The notes beneath the pieces were generated by a model, which saw only the letters and a list, made by a program, of their open reading frames with translations, was not told where the DNA came from and made no database searches. A stretch of DNA of 64,000 bases. Source: Takakia lepidozioides. Lineage: Eukaryota; Plantae; Bryophyta. This document shows positions 1 to 13,180 of this stretch, one piece after another. The DNA lies in assembly GCA_030704615.1 (NCBI GenBank), contig CM060731.1, forward strand, positions 43,462,001 through 43,526,000, in the 5' to 3' direction. Both the position numbers and the translations under genes were made by a program. The first letter of the stretch is position 1, and each line of letters begins with the position of its first letter.

Positions 1-2181
1 GGACAAGTTGGTGGCAATGAAGGCATTCTCAGTCACCCTGCAGTGCCACATTTCCATCAAACAATACTGAAATGGGAATTTTCATCATATATGAGGATTC
101 GCAATGAAATGACTTCCAAATTCAAAGTCCAAAAGCGAGAGGCGTTGTAACTTACGAGTTGATGTCCGCCATTGCAGCTTTGAGAAGACTGCGATCTTTG
201 GGCCCCGCAACCTTCAGCACAACACAATCCACGGCGAAATGCCAATCGAGGTCGTTGGGGTGGGCTTGGGCAATGTGCTCCATCCATGCCAGGAGGCGAT
301 GATTGCCGTCCCACACGTAGAACATCTTACCGGACAAGTGCTGGAAAAGAGGATCACTAGCAATCGATCTCTCGAACTCCTCATTTCGCGTTTGCCAATG
401 GGGACCCCATTTGTCCACCTCATCGAAAGTGTGGGCACGGGAAGCTCCGTGGTCGTTCTCAATGGAAACGTAAAATGCGGCAGACCCCATTCGATATCCA
501 TCCCGGAAAGAGAATTTCAGCTTGTCGATATCGCCTGGGAGGGCAGGTCTCACCACCTGCAATGACACCAAGCGGCAAAGGGGAATTCGAAGCTTGGCCG
601 GGTACACCATGCCCCCCAGCACCCTGCCAATGTTGCTGTGGGTTGCCTCCAACATCTTGGCAGCGGCCAACTTCATATCCGCCTCAGACATGACGTCTGC
701 TGCAGAGGGGTTTTCCGGCAGCCCACCAGGACCGCCAAATCCAGCCTGTATGCTCCGGGTTTGGGGCCTGGGGATGTCCGGGAGGATGTCATCCTGGTCA
801 GAAAGCTCCATGTCGTCCTCCTCAACAGGGTCAGCCACCTGCGAAACCACCTCTAGCACTCTCCCCGTCTCTACTGCCCTCTCCCTGGCTTCACCTCGAA
901 CTTGCACAATCCGTGCTCTTTCTGATGTTCTTTCCTCTCCTCCACTCTCCACCGTATGGGTAATTGCAGGGGCTGCTCTTGCCCGCGATGGTCTAACCGG
1001 TGTGTTACTGCCTCTCTGTGGTGTCTTGGAGGGATCCACCGTCTCTGTGAGTCCCTCGCTTACATTGGCATCTGTCATTTGGGCACCCCTGGCCTCTTCA
1101 GTGGCCTTTTCTCTTTCCTCCTGGCTAGCATTCTGTCTCGTCTGTTCTTTTGCCCTCTCTTTTGCCCTCTCACAAGCTTTCTGTTTCTTACTAGGGCTAG
1201 CAGCAGGGGAGCCCTCCAGGACGACCACCTTTGATTGAGGCGAACTGACACCCTCGCGCGCACTGCTCACTCCCCCTCCGCAGCCCGTGACGGCTCTCTC
1301 GCCGGGGATTGCATGTGCTTAGCTTTCTTCTTTTTCTTTGCGTGGGCGGGCCCTACTGCATGTGCATCAACAACCTCCATTGCCGGATCTGCTGTCCTCA
1401 CGCCCTTCACCTGCCATGCCGCCTGCACCAACCTCCCCAATGCCTATTATGTCGTACTCTCGTTGCAAGTCCTCCCGTCCACCAACAAAAGGTTTAAGTT
1501 TGCCCTCTCGCCCCAAGTTGGGCGATTCAAACATGCGACGAGTTGGAGCTGTCGATGATACCACCAGCGTGCCGGGCTCGTCGTCACTCTGTCATTCCCA
1601 AAAATCGTGAGAACCAACATCGGTGCAAAAACCAGCATCGCAACGAGCAGCGCAACCACCATAGCAACAATCGTGTAACAAAAATGAAAACATAACAAGT
1701 TTAGGAAGTATGGAGAGCCATGCAACAACAATGAAAACAAATGCAACCATTGCCTGAGAATGACATGCACAAGCAGCCTTCTCCAGAGCTGCCGGATTTG
1801 CACACGCATTGCAAACAATCTAAGGTTCACTCAACTATCTAAGGTTCACTCATCCAGCGAAGCCAGGATGAAGATGCAAAAACAAAGCGAGGCAACAAAG
1901 CGAAAGCGAAAGCGAAAGCAAAAAAGAAATCGAACAAAGCGAAAGCAGAAGTGGCTTGCCTGAGAGTACTCGGCTTCAGTTGGCGCGGGTTGTGAGCAAG
2001 ACACTGGAATCTCCTGCTGGAGCTTCAGTTTGGCCATGCGAGAGATTGGCCGTCGTCCGTAGTACAGAGCTTTCAACTTCCGCCGCGGTCTGGATGTGAG
2101 GTCTCTCTCAGGAGAGCCACGCCCTTTAGGCGGCATAAGTCCCAGCCAAAATGGAAAAAGATCTCCGTTTTTGGGGTACAT
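1..2181 (-). CDS. Spliced gene with ParB/Sulfiredoxin-like (DGNHR) domain and long disordered N-terminus; continues off the left edge; 5' part probably frameshifted
   Basis: ORF 152-1270 has RIPLCRLV..VRPAL...FYVWDGNHRLLAW. GT donor at 155 and CAG acceptor at 38 give an in-frame continuation VTENAFIATNLS. Upstream ORF pieces to 2181 are tentative (possible GC donor near 1959). Confidence 0.7.
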
Positions 2182-2339
2182 GCCTCGAATAGCATGTTAA
2201 GCCAAGATTAGCATCAGATTTAGGGTACGTATCCAGGAAGCCATGTGTCGCCAGCCCGAATGAAAACGGACGGCAGTGGACATTTATTGCCCAACTGCGC
2301 CATTAAATGTCGGATGAAGCCCTCCATGTCGGATGAAAA

Positions 2340-3225
2340 TCGATGGAAAGAGGCCCGGAATTTCCAACGTAGAGGTAATTCGGAGCGCTGCACGATGGAA
2401 ATCCGTCGCCGGATTTCCATCCTGCAGGTAATTCGGAGCGCTGCAGGATGGAAATTCAGCGCCGAATTTGCATCCTGCAAGGTAGGGCGGCGCGCCAAAT
2501 TTCCCTGACGCAGGTAATTCAGAAGCGGATGGATGGAAATCCGGCGCCGGATTTCCATCCGCGCAGGTAGGGCGGCGCGCCAAATTTCCCTGACGCAGGT
2601 AATTCAGAAGTGGATGGATGGAAATCCGGCGCCGGATTTCCATCCGTGCAGGTAGGGCGGCGCACGAAATTTCCCTCAAGCAGGTAATTCGGAGGCGGAT
2701 GGATGGAAATCCGGCGCCGGATTTCCATCCGCAAGGTTGGGCGGAGAGCGGATGGATGGAGATCCGGCGCCGAATTTCCATCCTGCGGGTAATTCGAATC
2801 CCTGCTGGATGGAAATCCGGCGCCGAATGTCCATCCAGCAGGTAAGTGGTGTCCCGGATGGATGGAATCCGGCGCCGAATTTCCATCCAGCAGGTAAGTC
2901 GGATCGCTGTTGTATGGATATTCGGCGCCAAATTTCCATTCGCCAGGAATTTCGAGGTGCTGAATTACCTTCCTGCAGGTAATTCTGAGCGTGTCCAATT
3001 GATTTTTCAGATTTTTCTTGGAATCCTTGACTGCTAGAGGCAAATCGGAACAGCCTCGGACAGAAATTCGGCGCCGTTTTTCCATTCTGGGAGGTTTCTG
3101 CGACTTCCTTTGAGGGGGCCCCGATGGAAATTCGGCGCCGAATTTCCATCCGGGGGATGGTCTCTGTCGGAGAGGTGCCGGCCTCTCCGCTGCTTTGTTG
3201 GCTATTCGGTGCCGAATTTCCGTCC
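2340..3225. repeat. Array of about 12-13 copies of a 30-bp palindrome GGATGGAAATCCGGCGCCGGATTTCCATCC
   Basis: Perfect copies at 2531-2560, 2616-2645 and 2701-2730; variants near 2393, 2446, 2754, 2807, 2860, 2912, 3061, 3123, 3202; periods of 53 and 85 bp. Confidence 0.95.
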
Positions 3226-3334
3226 GGGGGTTGAAATATGACGGCCAAGTGCCATCGCTGCATCCCCCTTCTACCAGGGAGCTTCCCCGCACGCCATTCT
3301 GGCAGTCTTGTGTGCACATCTCCCATGGCGGAAA

Positions 3335-6300
3335 ACCCGAGCGCTACAGTTTGGAGAGCTATTGGCTGTGGCACCTTATTGTAGACACAGGCTGTATCAA
3401 GCAATCAATCGAATTGCCCAGGAGACAGGAAACACAGACCTGAACAGCAATGTGACCAGTTATAATGTGAAGCCGGAAGGGCGAGAAACAGTCATGGACT
3501 TTGATGATTCTATGCCAGTAATCCAATTGAGAATTGGAAGCACAGAACTAACTGATGTACTAATAGATGGAGGCTCTGGAGTAAATATCATGATAGACCA
3601 ATTAAGAAAGAAGCTTGGTCTAAGTAACATGAAATCAGCCCCATTTACAGTAACAATGGCAGATCAAAGAAGTGTACAGCCATTGGGATTAATAAGAGGA
3701 GTTAAGATACAGATACAGAAGATGTGTTGAAGATGGATGAAGTCATGGAGGCTTACTCCTTATTATTGGGACGTCCGTGGCTGAAACAGGCCAGGGTATT
3801 CCATGACTGGAATTCTCAGTTACTAACCATGCATAATGGGATACACGAGATACAAATTATCACAAAGAAATCGAGTAGATTACCTGCTACGAGAAGACCT
3901 CGAGGGGTCAGAGAGTATGACTGGAGAGGAGGACTGGATGAGGAGCAGGAAGCTACCCTGTTCGCTGCACACCCAGAGTGGGAGCAGGTTGCAGAGATGC
4001 GGCTGGAAGGCCTAAGTTGTTTAAGAGGTATCTTCTGTGGTGTAGTGTCAGCAACACCAATTGAAGAGGAAACCAGCAGTTACCCATCTCATTTCTATGA
4101 AGAAAAAGAAGGAGAAATGGAAATCCTAGAGGAACCAGCCACTATGAGTTTATAGGATGAAGTGGTGATTGGTTGGACAATCACAGCTGATGAGCAAGTG
4201 AGGGAAGTGAATGTGGGAACTAAAGAGGAACCAAGAATGGAGAAGGTAGGAGCTGATTTGGAGTCAGAATTCTTTGAAGAAGCTAAGAGTTTCTTCATCA
4301 AATACAGAGATGTATTTGCTTGGAGCTATGAGGATCTCAAAGGGATACCACCTGAAATCTGTCAGCATAAGATTGAACTGGAACCAGGGTCAGTGCCAAT
4401 CAAGCAGGCAAGGTACAGAATGAATCCCAACTACGCACAGAAGGTTGGAGAAGAGATAAAGAAGTTGGCTGAGGCTAAGTTTATATACCCAATAGAGTAT
4501 ACAACTTGGTTGTCACCCATTGTGATAGTTCCCAAGAAGAATGGTAAGAGTTTGTGTGAACTATAAGAAGCTGAATGTTTGTACGAAGAAAGATCCTTTC
4601 CCTTTGCCATTCATAGAAGCAGTATTGGACACTGTGGTAGGCCATGAGATGTACTCATTCATGGATGGCTTCAATGGTTATAATCAAGTGCAAGTGGCAG
4701 AAGAAGACCAAGGAAAGACAGCTTTCATCACAGACTGGGGTGCTTATGCATACAAAGTCATGCCCTTTGGACTTTGTAATGCACCAGCAACCTTTCAGAG
4801 AGTGATAAGTGAATCTTTTCATGAGTATCTGGATGATTTCATGCAGGTGTTCTTGGATGGTTTCAGTGTGTACAACTCTAAGAATGAGCACTTGCATAAA
4901 TTAGAGTTATGTCTGGCAAGATGCAGGATGAGGGGGCCTGAATCCAGAGAAGTGTACTTTCTGTGTGAACTCATGGGTGCTTCTGGGACACATTGTGTGT
5001 AAGAGGGGACTTCTTGTGGATCCCAGGAAAACAGAGGCCATTAAAGCCTCTCCACCACTAGTGAATGTTAAGAGTCTAAGGAGATTCCTTGGACAAACCA
5101 GCTATTACAGAAGATTTTTCAGACGGTATGCACAGATAGCAGCACCATTGAGCAAACTTCTGAAGAAAGATGCAGTGTTTGCATGGACACCTGAATGTCA
5201 ACAGGCTTTTGAGGAACTTACATTGTCAGTAACAACTACACCTGTGCTGATTAATCCTCACTGGCAAGAAATATTTCATGTTCACTGTGATGCTTCTGGA
5301 GAAGCACTAGGAGCAGTGTTAGCCCAAAATGTTACAGGAAGGATAGATTCACCTGTATACTATGCTAGCCGATTGATGAACAATGCCGAAAGAAATTATA
5401 GCACAACGGAAAGAGAAGCATTGGCAATGATCTATGCAGTGAAGAAATTCAGGCATTACCTGTTGGGCAAGAAGTTTATGTTCTATGTGGATCACCAGGC
5501 TCTGATATACCTGGTAAACAAACCTCTGATAAGCGGAAGAATAACAAGATGGTTGATAATCTTGCACGAGTTTGAGTTCGAGGTTGTTTACAAGCCCGGG
5601 AGGCTGCATCTTGTGGCGGATCACTCGTCACGGTTATCAACAGGAGAACCAGCCACGGGAGTAAATGATCAATTACCAGATGCGAGTCTATTTGCAGTGG
5701 AGGTGCAGGGAAGTGCAGATGACTGGTTAGATTGGCAGTGGCCAATCAGATACTACCTTGCTCATGGTCAATGCCCACCAAGTTATAGAAAGGAGCAGAG
5801 AAAGAGAATTGCTATCAAGGCTCTACCTTACACTATGGTAGGGAGCAGAATGTATAAGCTAGGACCAGATGGAGTGCTGAAGCGATGCTTATACCACCAT
5901 GAAGTTAATAAAGTTTTGGAGGAAGTTCATAAAGGAGTGGCTGGAGGTCATTTTGGAGAAGAGACTACCAGCAGGAAGATACTACATGCAGGTTACTGGT
6001 GGCCTACTTTGTTCAAAGATGTACACAAGTATTGTCAGAGTTGTGATGAATATCAGAGGCTAGGACCTTTGCAGAGATCTGGGAAGATGGCTTTGCATCC
6101 TACAATGCCTACGGAACCATTTCAGAAATGGGGACTAGACTTTGTTGGACCAATTAACCCCCAGCCAAGAATACACAGAACAGGTACATAATTACAGCCA
6201 CTGATTATACTACGAAGTGGGTGGAAGCTAAAGCTTTGAGGGACAACACAGTCAAGTCCACAGCAAGGTTCATGTATGAGAACATACTTACACGATTTGG

Positions 6301-6995
6301 TTGTCCCTTGGAATTTATCAGCGATCAAGGAAGTCACTTCATTAATGAGACCATTGAATTATTGACTAAAGAGTTCATGATTGTGCATAGGAAGAGTACC
6401 ACATATTACCCACAGGGTAATGGGCAGGCAGAGGCTACCAACAAAATACTATGTACTATCTTGGCTAAGATAGTCAATGCAAACAGAACGGATTGGGATA
6501 CAAAGCTGCTGACAGCTTTGTGGTCATACAGGACTTCATATAAAGTCACCACTAAATATACACCATTCCAATTAGTTTATGGTATGGAAGCTTTACTTCC
6601 AGTGGAATTCTTGTTACCTACCATGAGAACGGAATGGGGAAAGAGAATGGAATTGCAAGATTCCATTAAGGTCAGGAAACATGAATTATACCATGTGGAA
6701 GAAGTACGTGCTGATGCAGCTGATAATATGACCAGAATTCAGATGAAGAAGAAGGAACAGTTTGATGAAGGCAAGTTAAAGATTTTTAAGACGGGAGGAT
6801 TTGGTTCTCTGGTTGCAGAAGAAGGGAAAGATTAAAGCTTCTAAGCTTAAATCACCATGGAAAGGACCTTATGTCATACAAAAGATGTATGATAACAACA
6901 CCGCCATGTTACAAACCATTAACAAATAGATGCTGGGAAGAGTCAATGCCAATAAGTTGAAGGGGTACAGTGGTATCCATAACAAACCATTGTAG
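3335..6995 (+). pseudogene. Ty3 pol (gag end, protease, RT, RNase H, integrase), frameshifted
   Basis: VLIDGGSGVN; MPFGLCNAPATFQR and VFLDGF; CDASGEALGAVL..NYSTTEREAL; H..GGHFG..CQSC, WGLDFVGP, SDQGSHF, YYPQGNGQAE. Confidence 0.95.
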
Positions 6996-7107
6996 CATGA
7001 TTTGCATGTTGAAACGCAAAAGTAGTCACGGGCTGCGCCAGTGATACCAACGGAGTATGGAGCACTTGTCGCTAGGCCGAGCATATATGACCAGGGCGGC
7101 AGAACAA

Positions 7108-7320
7108 GCGCGACACAGCCTATCACAGCCCATCAAGGCGTGACACAGCATATCACAGCCCAGCACGGCGCGACACATCATATCACAGCCCAGCACGGCG
7201 CAACACAGCCTATCACAACCTACCACAGCGTGTCACAGCCTATCACAGCTTACCACAGTGCATCACAGCCTATCACAGCGTACCACAGTATGACACAGCC
7301 TGTCACAGCTCAACACAGCC
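7108..7320. repeat. 7 x 30-bp tandem repeat with 10-bp CACAGC subunits
   Basis: gtgacacagcctatcacagcccagcacggc-type units. Confidence 0.9.
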
Positions 7321-8031
7321 TACTAGGGTTACACAATCCATAGAATCAGTGACAGGTGGACGCAGGATAACTTCAGGGACATGGCCAGCGGAAGAAAGGA
7401 CGGAAGCCAGTTTAGAAAGGGACACGTGGAAGTCAGGGCGCAACACACAGCTGAGAAGGAAGTGCAAGAACAGATGTCATCAAGAAAGAGGACAAGAATG
7501 GCCGTCAAAATACCTAATTAGCACGTCAATTCGGATGAATGGCGGGCCCATTAATGAATACGGAAAAGGGGCAATAGAACAAACGGCAAGTACAGAAAAG
7601 CGAAATTCTTGTCATATGTGTTATCCTAGTGGACAGTCCAGCAGGGAAAGTCCACTAAAGAAAATTAAATCTAAAATCCAGTCACAGCGGTTACAGCCAA
7701 TCGAAAGCCAGAAAAGGGATCAAGAAATTGGAGGGAATTTAAGTGCAAGAGTCGGCGTCGTTCTAAGTAACGGGCGTCTCGACGGGACAAACCATCAATG
7801 CTATAGTTTTGAAGCTATGGAGGAACTAACAGACTATACGCTCGCAATATTACTTACGTAGTGGCATAGGCACGGAAGAACAGAGCGGATATTTTCTCTT
7901 AATCAATGCTTGCAAGCCCCGCAGGCTTACAAGAAATTACCCATAGCTTTTTGTGGCAACCATAGTTTATGCTTTGTGCCCTGCAGGCATTCTTCAAGTT
8001 GTTACATAGCTAAAATTTCTGTGGGTCTAGA

Positions 8032-11000
8032 ATGAAGAGAGTGAGAGGAATGGAAGAAATCAGGGTGAAGAGCACCACAATCCTGCAGAAACAAACGATT
8101 GCTACTCCACAGGCGGTAAAGTTACTGAAGGAGCTGCGATTGGAAGGATTGCAAAGCAAAGATTGGACATTGCACCATAGACAGTACATGTTACAATTCT
8201 TGCAGAACTTTGAGCCTAGGACATGAGCAACAACGGTGAAGGGAGTTGAATTAGAAATTACTCCCCTATACCTACAGCAATTGTTTCGATTGCCAGCAAG
8301 TCAGGTGCATGTGGAGGAGCACAGGGCAAGACTGCAAATAGGGGACTTATTCCAAGAAGGGAGTTTCTTTAAAACTCAGGGTTATGCTTGTACCAAGGCC
8401 GTGTACCCAGGGCTAAGGGAGGTAGGTCAGGTATGAACGTTCTGTTGCCATGAAACAGAACCAACAGTATTTGAGAGCAGATCCTTCACAGAGGAAATAC
8501 TCAAAGCCCTGAGAGGAGAAGAGGTAGAATGGGAGAACATAATGTACAACGCACTGGTAAAGGAGATGAAAAGATTACAGGCATGCCGCAAAGTCTCCTA
8601 TCATAGTGTCTGGCCCATCATTGCTCAAATAATTCTTGATTCTGGCATACTTGATGCTCGAGAAAGAAAGGAGATGGGAGTGTTTGAGACTGAAACCACT
8701 ACAATGGAAGACCAAGGCTCTTCACACAGTGAGGGTGGACTGGCAGGGCAACCCCAGACTAAGAGACAGAGGCGGGAAAGACTGTAGTGGCGGATCCACT
8801 GGCTTCACGGAATCCGCATGATAATGTTTCCCAAGCTCTTGTGCAGGAAGGGGCACAGCACAGAGAACTGCTATTAAGGAAGCAGGACCTTCAGAGAGGG
8901 AAGGGAAGTTACTTCAGTATCACAGCCATCACAGCCAGATGATCGGCTTGTCACAGGAGTTACCACAAGTTGTCCATGCAGTTCCACCAGAAATAATTGA
9001 TTTGGAGAAAAGAAGGGTTAGATATTCCCACTACAGAAAAGGTGGTGGCAGAAATTGAGAAGGGAGACCTTCTCTATGAAAATTTTGGTCTGGTAAGGGA
9101 AACGGTGATTCCGGAGGTGCAACGGTTGTCCAGGGGAAACCCTGCAGTGCATATAATACCACACCTGTGACAGAGGTACCACAGGTAGAATGTCAAGACA
9201 CTGCAGCACGTGACGGATGAAGTGGTTCAGGAAGAAAATCTGGTGGGGCAATGGCCTGAGTGGTTCGTGAGGCATCACACTGTTGAGGATAAGGGAGAAC
9301 AACAGCAAGCTCACCATGATGACCCTCAACAGGCCATGCTTATGAGTTCCATAAGCAGGACACTTAATTTGTTGGGGCACTTATGTCAAATCCCATGTTC
9401 CAACTTCCCCAATTGGCAGCTTTGAGAGAGGAACTCAGGAAGGAGTTTGAGGCTCGACTTGCCACTGAGTGTGCAAATAAGGTCAATGAAGAGGTCACTC
9501 TCAAGATGCAGCAAGACTTGGAGAGTACAGAAGCGGCTTTACAATTGGCCAATGAACAATTGATTGAGGCAGGCCTCGCGCAAGACCAGTTGCACGAAGC
9601 ACATAAGCAACAGCTATACCAAATGCAGGTGAAGCATGAAAGCAAGTTGCAAGAAGTGAATGCACTACATACGGAGTTGCAGACAGTGCATAACAGAATG
9701 GCCATACAATGTGCTACACTCACAACTATGCTTGACCAAAGTACAATAGAAATAAACAGTCAAGCGGAAAGATGTACGAAGGCAGAGGCAAAAGAATGTT
9801 GAGCAAGTGAAACTCATTGTCGATATGAAGAATACAATCTGTCGCAATGAGAATACTTTTTCAAGCAATACAGGCAGGTTGAAGCTGACCAAGAGAGGTA
9901 CATCCTGGAGTTGCAACAAACGGTCATGGCCAATAGAAATGAAATCTCTGTCACTAACAAGGCTTGGAAGGAAGCCAATAATCTGCTTGCTGCCTATGCG
10001 AATTTGGTTGAACCTCATGCGAAGCGCATGGAGGCTTTACAACAGCAGTTAGATATGTACAAACTCAGAGAGGAGCAGACTCTCAGAGGTACCACAAGCA
10101 ACTTGGTGGATAACACCTTTGCAGGTCTGGTTAGCACAAGGGCCAGTGGAGGGCAAAGCACCACGAAAGCTCACCCAAAGCGAGATGAATGAGCTCAGAC
10201 TGCAAGTGCAGAACATTGCCACAACTACTATAGACAATGTCTATAGTAGGATAGCGGAGTTACAGGAGGATGTAGACAGCCTGCAGACTCAAGTGGAGGA
10301 CCTCACTTCAAATATCGACAAGAGAGTCTGTGTACCTGAGGAACAGCTAATGGCTTCTTATTTACAAGCGAGAACTTTGGCTTTTCAGTCTTCTTCGCAG
10401 GGGATGCAGGAGATGCCAATGGTACAAGAGCCAGTGCCACCAACCCACAACAAGTCACTGTGCCAGTAGCTGACCCTGTTGTTACTACAGCCACACCAGC
10501 CACCACAGCCTGAGGTATGGGGAAATGCTGCTTTTAACCCACCTAAAACTCCAGCTGCACGGGAGTACAGTAGGGCTATGATTATGCCCTTCAACCAAAT
10601 TCCCATTGTGTTGGATTTGGCTTGGAAAGAATTTAGTCCTCCGCAGTCATTGGCACATTACTATCAAATCATGCGCATTTGGCTGCCAGTGGCCACTAGG
10701 ACTAAAGTTCTTCCAAACAATCGACCAATTGAGGATCATCACTTTGCACAGTACTGGCATGAGGCAAGTACCATGTTGAAGGAATTAATTGCCTTCCAAG
10801 TTGTACATGGATTCATTTATACCAAGACCAAGGAGGTAGCAAGTATTGTCATGGGCTGCGGGTTATACTACGCTGCTTGTTTTCTTGTACGTTATCACAT
10901 TGAGCAGCAGAAGATGCAATCGCGCTTTCTGAGTTATTCCAGTGGGGATCATTGGGTCTTACCTTCAGTGCCACCTCATATGTACCTATATGAGGCAAAA

Positions 11001-11570
11001 ATTATGATGCAAAAGGATTCTCAAATTCGTTCATGGTTTCATGCGGCCTGGAACAATTTGTCAACACAGAAATTCGGCCCTGACGATATTTTCTTTAAGG
11101 GACATGAGGCATGGAAATACTTGCACAATTCACAAGTCATTGGATCTGGACAGACAAGGAGCTCAGGGTCTTCACCAATTTTGCCATTCAGCGTTTACAG
11201 CAAGTTTTGCAGTTTAAACTTCCAGACATGGTAGGGACAACATTGTATGCCCCAGAGGATTCCACAAAAAGTTCGGCAGTTAAAACACCTAAGAGGCGAT
11301 GAGGATTCTGATACAACTGTTTCTTCAGCGGATTCTTTTGACATGGGGGAACACTATGCAATTCAGATGGCAGAGAAGAAGCGACGGGGGTCTCCTATGC
11401 CTGAAAGATTACCTCGATATCAGCCTCCAGAGGGCCTCACATATCCAGGTAGTGTTCAATCATCTCCGTCAACCAGTGACAGACCTCGGGCTTGCACACA
11501 GAGTCCTTCACGAGACTCTCAACGTCAGAAGGGTGCTCGCTCACAAAGGTTTGCTAATCCCAAACAATAA
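8032..11570 (+). pseudogene. Extra (eORF) gene of the Ty3 element: Athila-like N-terminal domain, coiled coil and unknown C-terminal domain; degenerate
   Basis: Collinear ORF fragments between integrase and PPT; QFLQNF...VKGVELEITPLYLQQLFRLP; heptad-rich 9383-10400; 251-aa globular-looking piece 10479-11234. Confidence 0.65.
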
Positions 11571-11609
11571 ACCGTGAGGACACGGCTTTTTGAGAGGGGG
11601 AGGGGTAAA

Positions 11610-12417
11610 TGTTAGAAGGCTGCTTGGGACTTAGACACTTTTACGGGATCTGTGGGGTACCCTTAATTTTTGCACAGACTGAGACCAACAGGAGCCTTAG
11701 GGGTGACAACAGCGTACTTTAGGGGGGGGGGGGGGGGGGGGGGGTTACACAGCCCGTCACAGCCAACACAGCTCGCACAGTCCGACACAGCACCCCGTCC
11801 CAGTCTGACACATCCACCAGCCTCACAGCTCGACCGCCGACACAGCCCCACCCAGTCGCAACAGCCGTCACAGCTGGACACAGCTGTCACGACCATAGGG
11901 ACCGGATAACGCAACAGGACATGGACGACTGTGGGGACAAACATCTGCGAATGGAACATGTTAGTTCACGGATGACGGTTAGTGAGAGAAACGGTTAGAA
12001 CAACGGGTAGATATAAAACCAGGAGCGAGGACTGAAGGGAGAATTCGGGGACTTCGGACATCACTGGAGGAAATGAGGCAGAGAGCGCATCTCTGAGGAG
12101 AATAAGGGAGAGCACGGAGTAGGAGGAGGACGATCTGTTGATGCTTAATGAATGCAAGCATAGAGTTGTAATGTAGAGCAGATTAGAGACTCCATGGCTT
12201 CAGCCTGATACTTGATAGATATTAATCTGATACATATTTCATACTCACAATGTGTAGAGAATCTAAGTGAAGCTGTGGGAATGATGGATGAGTTGATGGA
12301 ATCCGATAGATTGCTGAAGCAAACTGATACTTAATTACCAATAGCAAGGTATCTAGCTAACATGAATGTGAGAAGGAAAACAAATAGGAAACACCCATGA
12401 TACACTAGCTTAGGTCA
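11610..12417 (+). repeat. 3' LTR of Ty3 element (right end approximate)
   Basis: TG right after polypurine tract; TATAAA near 12013; ends TAGGTCA next to unrelated gag sequence. Confidence 0.6.
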
Positions 12418-13180
12418 TGACTGATTGTTCTGAGCGGGCTGAGTGCTTAGAGATTTCCAACTCTTCTATCTTGGAGTTTCCGCCTCGGATAGCGAAGGGA
12501 TGGGTGAGTAACAGCCGCGCGACAACTGGCACTCGTGGCTCTACCTCTGCCACACTTGGGCGAGCGGGTACCATCGATGGCGTAGTTGGCACTGTCTTAG
12601 CCATTGTGAAAGACTATGGAAGCCTTGTCTGTCGACTTGCTTCCCCCTTTGTGGATCAAATCCACATCTGCTCCTCTTGGCTCAGGAGCACGCGTTGCTG
12701 CTCGAGTGATAGCAGCTGCAGAGTCCACATGTAGTGGTCCTGCAAGTGCGGCTCCACACATGAAGCCCATACCAATCTGGTCTTCCCTAGGCATAGGAGG
12801 TTGTGCAGGTGGGGCTTGAACCTCAGGCCTTGGAGCTGGCACAACATGAGTAGTGGCCATGGTAGCAAGACGTTGCTCTAGCTGGGCAAGCCTATCTACC
12901 ATGCCTTGGTCATGACCTTGACCGTGACCTTGTGCTCCTTGGTTTTGGTTACGACCTCCACCACGACCTCTGCCTCCTCTACCTCTCCGGACTACATTGC
13001 ATCGTCCTCGGCCACAATTGTCCCTTGGAACTGGCCTGGCTGTAGCTCAGGATGCAAATCATAACGATGGGTCTCTTCATGCCCATACTTGCCACAATGC
13101 CTACACTGTAGTTGTGTAGGCTGTGCCTGTGTCGGCCCTAAGCCTCTCTCCGGGCAATCTCTCTTAACGAGGTTAGCTAT
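12418..13180 (-). pseudogene. Gag C-terminal fragment of another LTR retrotransposon
   Basis: Degenerate zinc knuckle CRHCGKYGHEETHR then GRG-rich and Pro-rich segments. Confidence 0.6.

Larger units (their letters stand above)
3335..12417 (+). mobile_element. 5'-truncated non-chromoviral Ty3/gypsy LTR retrotransposon with extra 3' ORF
   Basis: Order PR-RT-RH-INT, extra ORF, PPT 11592-11606, then LTR starting TGTTAG at 11610; no 5' LTR and most of gag missing. Confidence 0.9.

Noticed and set aside
152-1270. Bacterial contamination or recent transfer of parB
   Set aside because: Has an in-frame GT-AG intron and lies among plant TEs
2340-3225. CRISPR array (30-bp palindromic repeats with about 23-bp spacers)
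   Set aside because: Linkers are homologous to each other (GCAGGTAA core), no cas genes, eukaryotic context
2220-3404. Long ORFs with repeated MEIRRRISI peptides
   Set aside because: Translation artefacts of the palindrome array on both strands
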